Assembly: GCA_947475165.1 (NCBI GenBank) | Contig: CANJLD010000014.1 | Span: forward strand, 18,519-82,518 | Reading direction: 5' to 3' | Origin: Bacteroidota bacterium | GTDB taxonomy: Bacteria; Bacteroidota; Bacteroidia; Chitinophagales; LD1 | Length of the DNA: 64,000 bases | Shown: in pieces, positions 18,557 through 27,980 of the stretch | How positions within the stretch are numbered: position 1 is the stretch's first letter | How the letters are laid out: every line of letters begins with the position of its first letter | Notes under the pieces: generated by a model | Database searches by the model: none | The model's input: only the letters and a program-made list of their open reading frames with translations | What the model was told of the DNA's origin: nothing | Position numbers and translations under genes: made by a program

Positions 18557-18682
18557 AAAAAACAATTATTAAGTTATAAATAAACTATTTTAATTCATCT
18601 AAAAACATAATCAATTATTAAGAAAACTATTTTTATTGCTAATAAAATTATAATAATTGGTTAAATAATAATATTTTTGACA
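18557..18682. repeat. Degenerate AT-rich array with ~21-bp period in a divergent promoter region
   Basis: Units such as aaataaactattttaattcat (18578) and aagaaaactatttttattgct (18620) lie 42 bp apart. Confidence 0.5.
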
Positions 18683-18711
18683 AAGTATAGTCATTTAAAT
18701 ACAACTTATAT

Positions 18712-19065
18712 ATGTTAAACAATAACTTATTAAACTTAATTAAGCTACGTAACATTCAAAAACCACGCGCATGGCTGATAAAACAAGGAATAAATGCGCA
18801 AGTAGCCGACCGATTGCTCAAAAATGAGCAACGGCACATTCGTTTTGATGACATGGAGCGGATTTGTCTGGGTTTAAACTGCTCGCCTACCGATGTTTTC
18901 ATCTGGCAACCCGATAACGAGGCCGATAATATCCCCAACCACCCGCTGCAAGCTATCCGCAGCGATAAAATTCTGCCCGATGTAATGGCGCAACTAAACA
19001 ACAGCACCCTCGATGAGCTAAAACAGGTGTCGGATTTTATTGAGAAGATGCGGGAGGGGAAATGA
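18712..19065 (+). CDS. XRE/Cro-C1 (HTH_26-like) transcriptional regulator
   Basis: IRFDDMERICLGLNCSPTDVFIWQPD HTH signature. Confidence 0.8.
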   Translation: MLNNNLLNLIKLRNIQKPRAWLIKQGINAQVADRLLKNEQRHIRFDDMERICLGLNCSPTDVFIWQPDNEADNIPNHPLQAIRSDKILPDVMAQLNNSTLDELKQVSDFIEKMREGK

Positions 19066-19070
19066 TTTAA

Positions 19071-19142
19071 CAACTTAAGTAGTAACTTTAGTTGCAAACT
19101 TAGTTGCCATTAAAGTTGCGACTTAAGTTTGGACTAAAGTCG
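19071..19142. repeat. Six tandem 12-bp units, consensus palindrome CAACTTAAGTTG
   Basis: caacttaagtag/taactttagttg/caaacttagttg/ccattaaagttg/cgacttaagttt/ggactaaagtcg. Confidence 0.75.
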
Positions 19143-19221
19143 CAATAGTTTTTATGTCGGGCATCGGCTCGCTCTTCTCTTTTCCCCATTCTCCATTACA
19201 TTCGCCCCGCAAATAATATAT

Positions 19222-20325
19222 ATGTCAAACACAACCAGTCCAACCGTTAAAGAAACCGCACTTACGCAATTACATATTCAGCTCGGGGCCAAAATGGCGG
19301 AGTTTGCGGGTTACAATATGCCCATCAGTTACAGCTCTATTACTGCCGAGCACAACGCCATCCGCAACAGCGTTGGCGTGTTCGATGTAAGCCACATGGG
19401 CGAGTTTATGCTCAAGGGCGATAAGGCACTCGACCTGATACAGCGCGTTACCAGCAATGATGCTGCAAAGCTGACCGATGGAAAAATTCAATACAGCTGT
19501 TTGCCGAACGATAAAGGCGGCATTGTAGATGACCTGCTCGTTTACCGGTGGAACGAAACCGAATATTATTTAGTAGTGAATGCTTCGAATATTGAAAAGG
19601 ATTGGAACTGGATTACAAAGCACAACACTGCCGGTGTAGAAATGAGCAACATGAGCGATGATATGAGTCTGCTTGCCGTCCAGGGACCCAACGCTATTAA
19701 AACTTTACAGAAACTTACCGCTATAGATTTAAGCACCATTCCTTATTACGCTTTTGCAGCAGGCAGCATGGCGGGCATTGATGATGTAATTATTTCGAAC
19801 ACCGGTTACACCGGTGCCGGTGGTTTTGAATTGTATGTGTGGAACAAAGATGCCCGCAAAATGTGGGATGCTATTTTCGAAGCCGGTGCAGAATTCGGAA
19901 TACTGCCATGCGGTCTGGGTTGCCGCGATACACTGCGCCTTGAAAAAGCATTCTGTCTTTACGGTCACGATATTGATGATACCACTTCGCCAATAGAAGC
20001 CGGTTTGGGATGGATTACCAAATTCACCAAGAGCTTTATCAATTCCGATTATCACTTAGCTATAAAGGAGAACGGACCGAAGAAAAAATTAGTGGGCTTC
20101 GAAATTCCGGAGAAAGGAAAAATACCACGCCAGCATTTTAAAATTAAAGATGGTGCAGGAAATGAAATTGGAGAAGTTACCTCCGGCACACAATCACCAT
20201 CGCTTGGTAAAGCTATTGGGCTGGGTTATGTAAAAACAGAATTCAGCACCATTGGTTCCGAAATTTTTATTGAAATAAGAAACACGCCAATTAAGGCAAC
20301 GGTGGTGAAGACACCGTTTTTGTAA
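19222..20325 (+). CDS. gcvT: Glycine cleavage system aminomethyltransferase T
   Basis: [54 protein letters not shown]. Confidence 0.97.
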   Translation: MSNTTSPTVKETALTQLHIQLGAKMAEFAGYNMPISYSSITAEHNAIRNSVGVFDVSHMGEFMLKGDKALDLIQRVTSNDAAKLTDGKIQYSCLPNDKGGIVDDLLVYRWNETEYYLVVNASNIEKDWNWITKHNTAGVEMSNMSDDMSLLAVQGPNAIKTLQKLTAIDLSTIPYYAFAAGSMAGIDDVIISNTGYTGAGGFELYVWNKDARKMWDAIFEAGAEFGILPCGLGCRDTLRLEKAFCLYGHDIDDTTSPIEAGLGWITKFTKSFINSDYHLAIKENGPKKKLVGFEIPEKGKIPRQHFKIKDGAGNEIGEVTSGTQSPSLGKAIGLGYVKTEFSTIGSEIFIEIRNTPIKATVVKTPFL

Positions 20326-20334
20326 AACCTCATT

Positions 20335-20409
20335 TGTCATGCTGACGGAGGAAGCATCTTGTATTTACTTGTTTGAGAAAGACAAGATTCCTCGTTCCTC
20401 GGAATGACA
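20335..20409. repeat. REP/RPE-like palindromic intergenic element, copy 2
   Basis: tgtcatgctgacggaggaagcatct...agattcctcgttcctcggaatgaca. Confidence 0.7.
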
Positions 20410-20425
20410 ATACAAAATATACAAC

Positions 20426-21670
20426 ATGGCCATCATCAAACCATTCGAAGCTGTTCGCCCGCAACCGGAGCATGCGGCAGAAGTTTCTTCCCTTCCTTAT
20501 GATGTAATGAACACTGCCGAAGCACGGCAGATGGCAGAAAAAAATCAACGATCTTTTCTGCACGTAAGTCGTGCCGAAATTGATTTCCCTGATGGCATAG
20601 ACGAACACTCGCAGGAAGTTTACGACCGGGCGCGCGATAATTTTTACAAATTCATGGCTGATGGTGTTTTGTTTCAGGAGGCGTATGCGTCTTTGTATAT
20701 CTATCAGCAAAACATGCAGGGCAGAACGCAAACCGGTTTGGTGGCTTGCTCAAGCATTGAAGATTATTTCAACGATGTAATCAAGAAACACGAACTAACG
20801 CGACCGGAAAAAGAAGAAGACCGAATCCGCCACATGGAAACCTTGCAGGCGCACGTAGGGCCCATCTTTCTCACTTATCCAAAGAACGATGAGGTAGATG
20901 AAATAATACTCTCGGTAACCGATAATGAAGAACCGGTCTATAATATTTTGACCAAGGACGGTGTGCGCCATACGGTTTGGTTGCTGTTAGATAAAGATAA
21001 AACCGACCAACTGGTTTCTATTTTCGAAAACAAAATTCCGTTTACCTATATAGCCGATGGCCACCACCGCACCGCATCTGCTGCCAAGGTTGGTTTGAAA
21101 ATGAAAGAGCAGAACCCGAACCATGACGGAACAGAAGATTATAATTTTTTTCTCTCTGTCCTCTTCCCTGACGACCAGTTGCAGATAATGGATTACAACC
21201 GCGTGGTGAAAGATTTGAATGGATTGAGTAAAGAGGAATTCTTTCAAAAAATACAAGAACGGTTTTATTTGAGAAAACCAAAGCCGGATGAAATCAAAGC
21301 GAGTCAACATCTCATTCTAATGTATATCGACAAGGAATGGTTTTGGCTAAGATTTCAGCAAGAAAAATTTTTAAGAAACGACCCTATTGGAGTTTTAGAT
21401 GTAACCATTCTTCAGGAAAATATTTTAGACCCTATATTGGGAATAAAAGACGTACGCACCGATAAACGAATTGATTTTGTTGGCGGTATCCGTGGATTAA
21501 AAGAATTAGAACGCAGAGTTGACAGCGGAGAGATGAAAGTTGCCTTTGCACTCTATCCGGTCTCACTAAAACAATTAATGGACATTGCCGACAGCGGAAA
21601 AATTATGCCGCCAAAGTCAACCTGGTTTGAACCTAAGTTGAGAGATGGATTGTTCTCGCACCTCTTTTAA
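20426..21670 (+). CDS. DUF1015-family protein
   Basis: SLPYDV, IKKHELTRPEKEEDR, YIADGHHR, MPPKSTWFEPKLRDGL. Confidence 0.9.
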   Translation: MAIIKPFEAVRPQPEHAAEVSSLPYDVMNTAEARQMAEKNQRSFLHVSRAEIDFPDGIDEHSQEVYDRARDNFYKFMADGVLFQEAYASLYIYQQNMQGRTQTGLVACSSIEDYFNDVIKKHELTRPEKEEDRIRHMETLQAHVGPIFLTYPKNDEVDEIILSVTDNEEPVYNILTKDGVRHTVWLLLDKDKTDQLVSIFENKIPFTYIADGHHRTASAAKVGLKMKEQNPNHDGTEDYNFFLSVLFPDDQLQIMDYNRVVKDLNGLSKEEFFQKIQERFYLRKPKPDEIKASQHLILMYIDKEWFWLRFQQEKFLRNDPIGVLDVTILQENILDPILGIKDVRTDKRIDFVGGIRGLKELERRVDSGEMKVAFALYPVSLKQLMDIADSGKIMPPKSTWFEPKLRDGLFSHLF

Positions 21671-21676
21671 AAACGC

Positions 21677-21714
21677 AGACGGAGCAGATTTTGAAAACCT
21701 GCTCCGTCTTCTTT
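21677..21714. terminator. Intrinsic terminator between convergent DUF1015 and GH31 genes
   Basis: agacggagcag / ctgctccgtct stem followed by T-rich tract. Confidence 0.75.
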
Positions 21715-21726
21715 TCCTGCTCAAAA

Positions 21727-23349
21727 TTATTTCTGAACCACCACCTTACCGGATATTCTTCCTTGCGTATTTGATTTAGCCGTTATAGCGTACTGGTAAA
21801 TTCCATTCTCTAAATTTTGTATAGAAATACTTTTGCTTGCGCTGTTAAGTTTTGCATTCAGCAAATTTCTTCCCAGTGCATCATACAATCTAAACTCGTA
21901 CTCTTCATTAAAATCTAACCCCGCAATTCTGATTTCACTACTTGCAGGATTAGGATATATGGTCACCGGATGCGCCTGAGCATTTACCGCTTCCATACCG
22001 GTCACACTATTTATAACGCTATCAAGCGTTGCTAATAATGGCGAACCTGATTTTATAAAAACAGGAAACTCACTAAGCGGTATGTTTAGCTGGTTAAAAA
22101 TTCCGCTGTAAACCTGCGAAGTATTAAAAAGATAAGTCCAGTTACCGGCAGGAAAATCAACCATAATACTGTTAGAAGAACTTAACATAGGTGCCACAAA
22201 AACATCGCTGCCTAGCATGTAGCTGTAGTCAGTGCTGTTAAAGAATTGCATCAACGATTGGGTAATAGGAAATAAAGAATCGGCCTGCTGCATTTGATAA
22301 GGAATCAGCGCATGGTGCAGCCGCGCAAACTTGTTATAGATGTCGTTGGTTTCCTGGTCAAACATCCACGGGCGGTGTTCTCCTCCGCCCCCGTTTTCCA
22401 TCAGCGGGCTGAAAGCACCCAACTGCGCCCAACGAATGAAGAGGTCTTTATCTCTGCCGTGAGTCACCGGTTCTTCGCGGTAGCCTCCAACATCGGAACC
22501 TACTACGAGATAATTATTTACATCGCTCTGATACATATTGTTCAGCGCATTTTTCATTCCGTCAAATGTGGCATCCTGGTCACCCACCCAGCAGGCAAAG
22601 CCAATATCACGCGGAGTAAACGCAACTAAGTTGGGGTCAGTAATAAAAGTGTAGCCGTAATTATCAACCGGTCGCGACATATTAGCGCGGTCGTTGCCCA
22701 ATTGCTGACGCGTGTAATCGTGAAACAACCGGTAGTAAGCATGCGAATATTGCAACCGGGTAATATTGCCTCCTGTTCCTGGAGAATAGAGTGCGTTTCC
22801 AAGAAAAACGGAGTAATCCGTTCCGTCACACTTCCATCCGTCAATACCGAGGGCAAGAGTTTTATCCACCAGAGCCTTCCACCAGGTTACTGCTGCAGGA
22901 TTGAAAAAGTCAATCATGCTGCCGTCACCTTTCCACCAATGTATTACCGCAGAACCGGCACCGGCATTTGCTTTCATAAAATAACCAAGCGAATCAGCAT
23001 AGTGCCAAAGCTCTGTTTGGTCGGTATTAATGGCACTGGTAATCCAAACAATAACTTTTACGTCACGGGCATGAAAAGAATCAACCATAGCATGTGCATC
23101 AGGATAAAGCGATGTGTCAAATTCGAAAGTGTTGTAACCGGTCTCCCAAGGGCTGTCGATAATAATTGCACCTACCGGTATGTTGTGCGATTTATAATCA
23201 TCAACAAGTTGCAAAGCACTGTGCTGTGTGCTTTCATCTTCCCAAACCCAATGCTCAAAAACAAACTCAGGGCAAGTGGATTGAGCAGTTACGGACTTAC
23301 TTAAGATGCCGGTTACGATGAGAGAAACGAGTAGTAAAACTTTTTTCAT
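21727..23349 (-). CDS. GH31-family glycoside hydrolase with T9SS C-terminal sorting domain
   Basis: IIIDSPW, GIDGWKCDG, WVGD, GSDVGGY, LFIRWAQLGAFSPLME; IYPNPA...GKVVVQK CTD. Confidence 0.8.
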   Translation of the reverse strand: MKKVLLLVSLIVTGILSKSVTAQSTCPEFVFEHWVWEDESTQHSALQLVDDYKSHNIPVGAIIIDSPWETGYNTFEFDTSLYPDAHAMVDSFHARDVKVIVWITSAINTDQTELWHYADSLGYFMKANAGAGSAVIHWWKGDGSMIDFFNPAAVTWWKALVDKTLALGIDGWKCDGTDYSVFLGNALYSPGTGGNITRLQYSHAYYRLFHDYTRQQLGNDRANMSRPVDNYGYTFITDPNLVAFTPRDIGFACWVGDQDATFDGMKNALNNMYQSDVNNYLVVGSDVGGYREEPVTHGRDKDLFIRWAQLGAFSPLMENGGGGEHRPWMFDQETNDIYNKFARLHHALIPYQMQQADSLFPITQSLMQFFNSTDYSYMLGSDVFVAPMLSSSNSIMVDFPAGNWTYLFNTSQVYSGIFNQLNIPLSEFPVFIKSGSPLLATLDSVINSVTGMEAVNAQAHPVTIYPNPASSEIRIAGLDFNEEYEFRLYDALGRNLLNAKLNSASKSISIQNLENGIYQYAITAKSNTQGRISGKVVVQK

Positions 23350-23382
23350 TTGAGCGATTTTAGTTTTAAATGTACCTGAATA

Positions 23383-25272
23383 TTAATTGATTTTCACCAC
23401 ACTTTCACTTATCGAAGAGGTTTTTCCTTTCAATCTTACCACATAAAACCCTGGAGGCAATTTACTGCCGTCAAACTGCGCATGATTTAATCCCTCGCTA
23501 ATAGGTCCCAGATTCTTCTTAAACATCAACTGTCCGCTTGTATTCCAAACTTCCAGATTCACTTCTTCGCTTTTGTAAACATTAAACTGAATCATCACTT
23601 CATTAAAAAACGGATTCGGGTGAATCATAACTGTAGTAATGTTGTTAGAAATATTTTTTATCGAAGTAGCAAGAGAGGTATGAGGCGCAAGTGGCGGATA
23701 AGTATTCAAGGCAACTGAAGGTGCATTGGTTTCGCGTAAAAATTTTTCTCCGTCATTTACATACCACGAAGGAGTAGTGCTAACCGAATAAGTTTGCGTT
23801 GTCACATTCGACATGTAAACAAAATCGCCCTGAGTGCGTGTTGGTGTAATATCTAACACGTAATAACCGTGCAAGGTAAGCTCTACATAACGCACATAGC
23901 TCGCCAATGAATAAATAGTACTGGACGTAACCAACTGAGGTAATTCGTTGCCCGATGAAATACTTGGTGTTACAAATTCTACTCCAACAGAATTGTTTCG
24001 ATTCTGCGCATCGTAGCCAGGTAGTGGCAAATCATTCGCCCATGCGGTATGTATATCACCGGTCAGCACCACCACGTTATTTATATTATGGGTAAGAATA
24101 TGATTGTATAATTTCTCGCGGTCAAATGGGTAACCATCCCACTGGTCAGAGTTTATCATCACCGCATTAGGCCCAAGCACTCCCGCTGGAACAATCAGCG
24201 GAGTTAAAATTACCTGCTGACCAATAATCTGCCATTTGGCTGTAGAACTATCCAGATTATGATTTAACCAATCAAACTGAACCGGTCCAACCATGTTACG
24301 TGTAGAATCCTGAATGAGCGAATCGTTAGCAGGCACAAACTGTGCAGTAGTAACCTGCTTGTCGCGGTCATACAAGCGCGTGTCAATCATATTCAAATCA
24401 GCTAAATCGCCCCAGGTAAACCGCCTGAAAATTCTAAAGGTATCAGCTATATCTGGTTGACGAACCGGCACCCATTCGAAATAGGTTTTTATCGCATTCA
24501 CTTTTCGCGCGTACCAATCACCATCACCTACACTATGATTTTTCGCTCCGTCTTTATACGAGTTGTTAGCTGTTTCGTGATCGTCCCAAACACAAATCCA
24601 TGGGTACTGTTGATGAGCCGCCTGCAAATCAGGGTCAAGATGATATTGCGATTGACGCATCCGGTATTCTATTTCCAAAACAGTTTTGTGGTCGGGTTCG
24701 TGGAAACGGTCGCCAACCGGTGCAGCAATCGCACCGCTTTCATAGGTATAATCACCTAAAAATAAAACGGCATCAATATCGTTCCGCTCACTCAAATGGC
24801 GGTGGGCATTGTAAAATCCATCCTGATAATCCTGACAGCTTGCCACCGCGAAGCGCAAATTATTTACAGAGCCAACCGGCAGTGTTTTTGTTCTGCCGGT
24901 CACAGATTTAAAAGTGTCGTAACCAAAGCGGTAATAGTACCAAGTGCCTGCCTGCAAACCGGTGGCATCTATTTTAATGGTGTAATCTTTTGTGCTGTCT
25001 GTAGTTGCGCTTCCATTGTTTATGATGTTAGCGAAAGAAGTATCTGTTGCAATTTCCCAGTTAACCGAAACAGGGTCAACCACCGGGTCAAGAGTAATTC
25101 TTGTCCAAAGAATAACTCTGTCAGCAAGCGGGTCACCGGAAGCTACTCCATGATAAAACGGATAGAAAGCAGGATTAAGCTGTGAACGCGATGAACGTAA
25201 GTAGGGAGATTGCTGAGCCGGAAGGTTTGTAAAAACAAGAACGGATAGAACCAGAATGTAAAATTGTTTCAT
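23383..25272 (-). CDS. phoD: PhoD-family alkaline phosphatase/phosphodiesterase with T9SS CTD
   Basis: FYHGVASGDP, LGDYTYE, WDDHETAN, DQWDGY, LTGDIH; IHPNPF CTD. Confidence 0.9.
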   Translation of the reverse strand: MKQFYILVLSVLVFTNLPAQQSPYLRSSRSQLNPAFYPFYHGVASGDPLADRVILWTRITLDPVVDPVSVNWEIATDTSFANIINNGSATTDSTKDYTIKIDATGLQAGTWYYYRFGYDTFKSVTGRTKTLPVGSVNNLRFAVASCQDYQDGFYNAHRHLSERNDIDAVLFLGDYTYESGAIAAPVGDRFHEPDHKTVLEIEYRMRQSQYHLDPDLQAAHQQYPWICVWDDHETANNSYKDGAKNHSVGDGDWYARKVNAIKTYFEWVPVRQPDIADTFRIFRRFTWGDLADLNMIDTRLYDRDKQVTTAQFVPANDSLIQDSTRNMVGPVQFDWLNHNLDSSTAKWQIIGQQVILTPLIVPAGVLGPNAVMINSDQWDGYPFDREKLYNHILTHNINNVVVLTGDIHTAWANDLPLPGYDAQNRNNSVGVEFVTPSISSGNELPQLVTSSTIYSLASYVRYVELTLHGYYVLDITPTRTQGDFVYMSNVTTQTYSVSTTPSWYVNDGEKFLRETNAPSVALNTYPPLAPHTSLATSIKNISNNITTVMIHPNPFFNEVMIQFNVYKSEEVNLEVWNTSGQLMFKKNLGPISEGLNHAQFDGSKLPPGFYVVRLKGKTSSISESVVKIN

Positions 25273-25335
25273 TGAAAATAATTTGAGAGGGGAAGGTAGA
25301 AATTATTTACGCTCAACTAAAGTTCAAGTGAATTC

Positions 25336-25343
25336 TATCTTTG
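25336..25343 (+). promoter_or_regulatory. Bacteroidota -7 promoter element (TAnnTTTG) for the metB-like gene
   Basis: TATCTTTG 20 nt upstream of ATG 25364. Confidence 0.6.
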
Positions 25344-25363
25344 ACGCTCTTAAAATTAAAGCA

Positions 25364-26503
25364 ATGAAATTCGGAACCAAAGCAATTCATGCTGGCTTAG
25401 AGCCAGACCCGTCTACAGGAGCTATCATGACTCCCATTTATCAAACTTCCACTTACGTACAGGAATCTCCGGGGAAGAATAAAGGTTACGGGTATGCCCG
25501 CGGGAAAAACCCAACGCGTGTTGCTCTTGAAAAAAATATTGCTGCGCTTGAAGAAGGCAAACATGCTATCTGTTTCAGTAGCGGAATGGGAGCCACCGAT
25601 GCAGTGATAAAACTTTTAAACCCGGGTGATGAAGTAATAACAGGTGACGATTTGTATGGTGGCAGCTATCGCATGTTTACCAAAGTGTTTGAGAAATATG
25701 GAATCAAATTCCATTTCGTGAACATGAGTGATGTAAACAATGTCAGCAGGTATGTCAACGGAAAGACGAAACTGATTTGGGTGGAAACCCCTACCAACCC
25801 AACCATGCAGATTGTAGATATTGAAGCCTGCGCGAAAATTGCTAAAGAGAAAAACATTTTACTGGCGGTTGATAATACGTTCGCTTCTCCTTATCTACAA
25901 AATCCGCTTTTGCTGGGTGCCGATATTGTAATGCATAGCGTAACAAAATATTTAGGCGGACACAGCGATGTAATAATGGGTGCGTTGGTGGTAAATGACG
26001 ACAAGCTTCACGAGCAACTCTATTTCATTCTCAATTCCTGCGGAGCAAACCCCGGGCCGATGGATTCGTTTTTGGTTTTGCGGGGAATTAAGACACTGCA
26101 TTTAAGAATGGAGCGCCATTGCTACAACGGAAGAAAGATTGCTGAGTATTTAAAAACTCATCCGCGCATTGAAAAAATTTACTGGCCCGGTTTCGAAGAC
26201 CATCCGAACCACGCCATCGCTAAAAAGCAGATGAAAGATTTTGGCGGAATGATTTCGATTGTTCTGAAAAATGCTTCGCTTGAAGATACTTTCAAACTAT
26301 CTTCATCATTCAAAGTATTTTCGTTGGCAGAATCTTTGGGCGGAGTTGAATCTCTCATTAACCATCCGGTAACCATGACTCATGCTTCTGTTCCAAAAGC
26401 CGAAAGAGAAAAAGTGGGCGTAGTAGATAATCTTCTTCGCTTGAGTGTTGGAGTAGAAGATGTAGACGACTTGCTCGAAGATTTGAAACAGGCTTTGGGA
26501 TAA
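25364..26503 (+). CDS. Cystathionine gamma-synthase/gamma-lyase (PLP trans-sulfuration enzyme)
   Basis: PIYQTSTY, YARGKNPTR, WVETPTNP, VDNTFASP, HSVTKYLGGHSD, LAESLGGVESL. Confidence 0.92.
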   Translation: MKFGTKAIHAGLEPDPSTGAIMTPIYQTSTYVQESPGKNKGYGYARGKNPTRVALEKNIAALEEGKHAICFSSGMGATDAVIKLLNPGDEVITGDDLYGGSYRMFTKVFEKYGIKFHFVNMSDVNNVSRYVNGKTKLIWVETPTNPTMQIVDIEACAKIAKEKNILLAVDNTFASPYLQNPLLLGADIVMHSVTKYLGGHSDVIMGALVVNDDKLHEQLYFILNSCGANPGPMDSFLVLRGIKTLHLRMERHCYNGRKIAEYLKTHPRIEKIYWPGFEDHPNHAIAKKQMKDFGGMISIVLKNASLEDTFKLSSSFKVFSLAESLGGVESLINHPVTMTHASVPKAEREKVGVVDNLLRLSVGVEDVDDLLEDLKQALG

Positions 26504-26510
26504 AAGCTTT

Positions 26511-26552
26511 TAAAACAAAAAGCCCCGAAAAATTTCGGGGCTTTTTGTTTTA
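26511..26552. terminator. Bidirectional intrinsic terminator
   Basis: taaaacaaaaagccccgaaa-aa-tttcggggctttttgtttta. Confidence 0.85.
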
Positions 26553-27893
26553 AAGAACTATGTCTTTCACTTTTATATCCTGCTTTTGCTTTCTAATGGC
26601 AAAAGTGTCTTTATCGAGAATGCTTCTAACTGCACCGTATTTAACGAAACATACTCTTACATATTTCTTCAAATTTACGTCAGTCAATTTTGCATAATTC
26701 AACGCAATATCATTTACGTTTTTAATAATCTGCTCGCGAACAGATTTGTAATAGTCTTCCTGCATTTTTTGGTCAGATGCAGAAGGAAGATTGGCACCGG
26801 TAACGCTATCAATAATCACATTTACAGACGGAGCATTCTTTTTAAGCGCATCCATATTGTCCGATAAATCCTGAAGCGGCTTCAACACCTTTTCGTTATC
26901 GGTTATCAATTTTGCCATAGCGGCATCATTAGTTTGAGCAAACAAACCTTTTGCTTCTTCTAAGCGGAAATTGATCAGCGCATCATAAGCACGGCATTTA
27001 TCGCCCATAGAAACATTGCCCGCTTTGTCGTAAAGCTTAGACGCAAGAAGGTAGCTTCCTTTAGTCATGGTAGAAGCTGCTAATTTTTCAGTGGCATCAT
27101 CGTTTTTCTTTTCGGTATAAGCATCGCCTAATCTGATAATCAGATTATCGGCATCTTCATTTCTGTTTTCGCTGTACAGGTAGTCTGCATATTTCTGAAT
27201 TCCTTCTTCTACACCTCCGCTCAAATAAGCGTCAATCGCTTTTTGAAATTCTTTCCGGTCGTAATAAATATCACCTGCTTTTTTTGCGCCTTCTGTAGTT
27301 TTCAATTTCAAATAAGTTTCAGCAGCTTTCACTTCATCTACACCGCCCTTATCGAAATACTCTTTTGCAATTTGCTCCACCTTCACTGCGGCATCGCCTA
27401 TTACATAATATTCAAGTGCCTTAGTATAACTGCCGGCACCTTTCTCATAATATCTGTCGCCAATAGCGCGGGCACCTTCTTTCAATGCATCTGCCTTGGT
27501 ATAAAAATCCATTGCCTTACGCAATGCCTTTGGTTCATTCTTTTCCTCTCCGCTAAAAGCGTCTTCTACATACGCTTCGGCTAATTTTTTCATCCCTTCT
27601 TTTTTCTCGGGTTTATCGCAACGCGAGTAATTGCTTTGTGCATTGGTGTAATCTTTCTTATCTAAAAATGCATCACCAATCAGCGCATACATTTCGCGTT
27701 TCATTCCTCCTTTTTGAAACGACTCAGTGGCTTTTTGCACCATCTCGTTTCGCTTGGCAGCATCTTTTTGCTCTAACGCCTTTGCCAACGTTTCCTTTCC
27801 CTTATCAATGTCTTTGTTCTGCGCATTTAACTGCATACAACAGGCAAGCATCATTACAATACAAGCGACTATGCTCCAATTTTTCTTACTCAT
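26550..27893 (-). CDS. Exported TPR-like alpha-solenoid protein
   Basis: Signal peptide (QLNA/Q); repeated helical motifs IGDAF, IGDRYY, AGDIYY, LGDAY. Confidence 0.65.
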   Translation of the reverse strand: MSKKNWSIVACIVMMLACCMQLNAQNKDIDKGKETLAKALEQKDAAKRNEMVQKATESFQKGGMKREMYALIGDAFLDKKDYTNAQSNYSRCDKPEKKEGMKKLAEAYVEDAFSGEEKNEPKALRKAMDFYTKADALKEGARAIGDRYYEKGAGSYTKALEYYVIGDAAVKVEQIAKEYFDKGGVDEVKAAETYLKLKTTEGAKKAGDIYYDRKEFQKAIDAYLSGGVEEGIQKYADYLYSENRNEDADNLIIRLGDAYTEKKNDDATEKLAASTMTKGSYLLASKLYDKAGNVSMGDKCRAYDALINFRLEEAKGLFAQTNDAAMAKLITDNEKVLKPLQDLSDNMDALKKNAPSVNVIIDSVTGANLPSASDQKMQEDYYKSVREQIIKNVNDIALNYAKLTDVNLKKYVRVCFVKYGAVRSILDKDTFAIRKQKQDIKVKDIVL

Positions 27894-27980
27894 ATAATTT
27901 AGATTTATGTGATTATGGTTTAAATGTAAAAACAACTTGGCGTTTCCAAAATATTATTTTCATGAAGAGTGAAACCGCAG

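Noticed and set aside
19071-19142. Possible CRISPR array
   Set aside because: Units are 12 bp and contiguous, with no unique spacers and no cas genes in the window.
20330-20731. 133-aa minus-strand ORF ending in LSFRGTRNL
   Set aside because: Antisense to DUF1015; its tail is a translation of the REP-like element.
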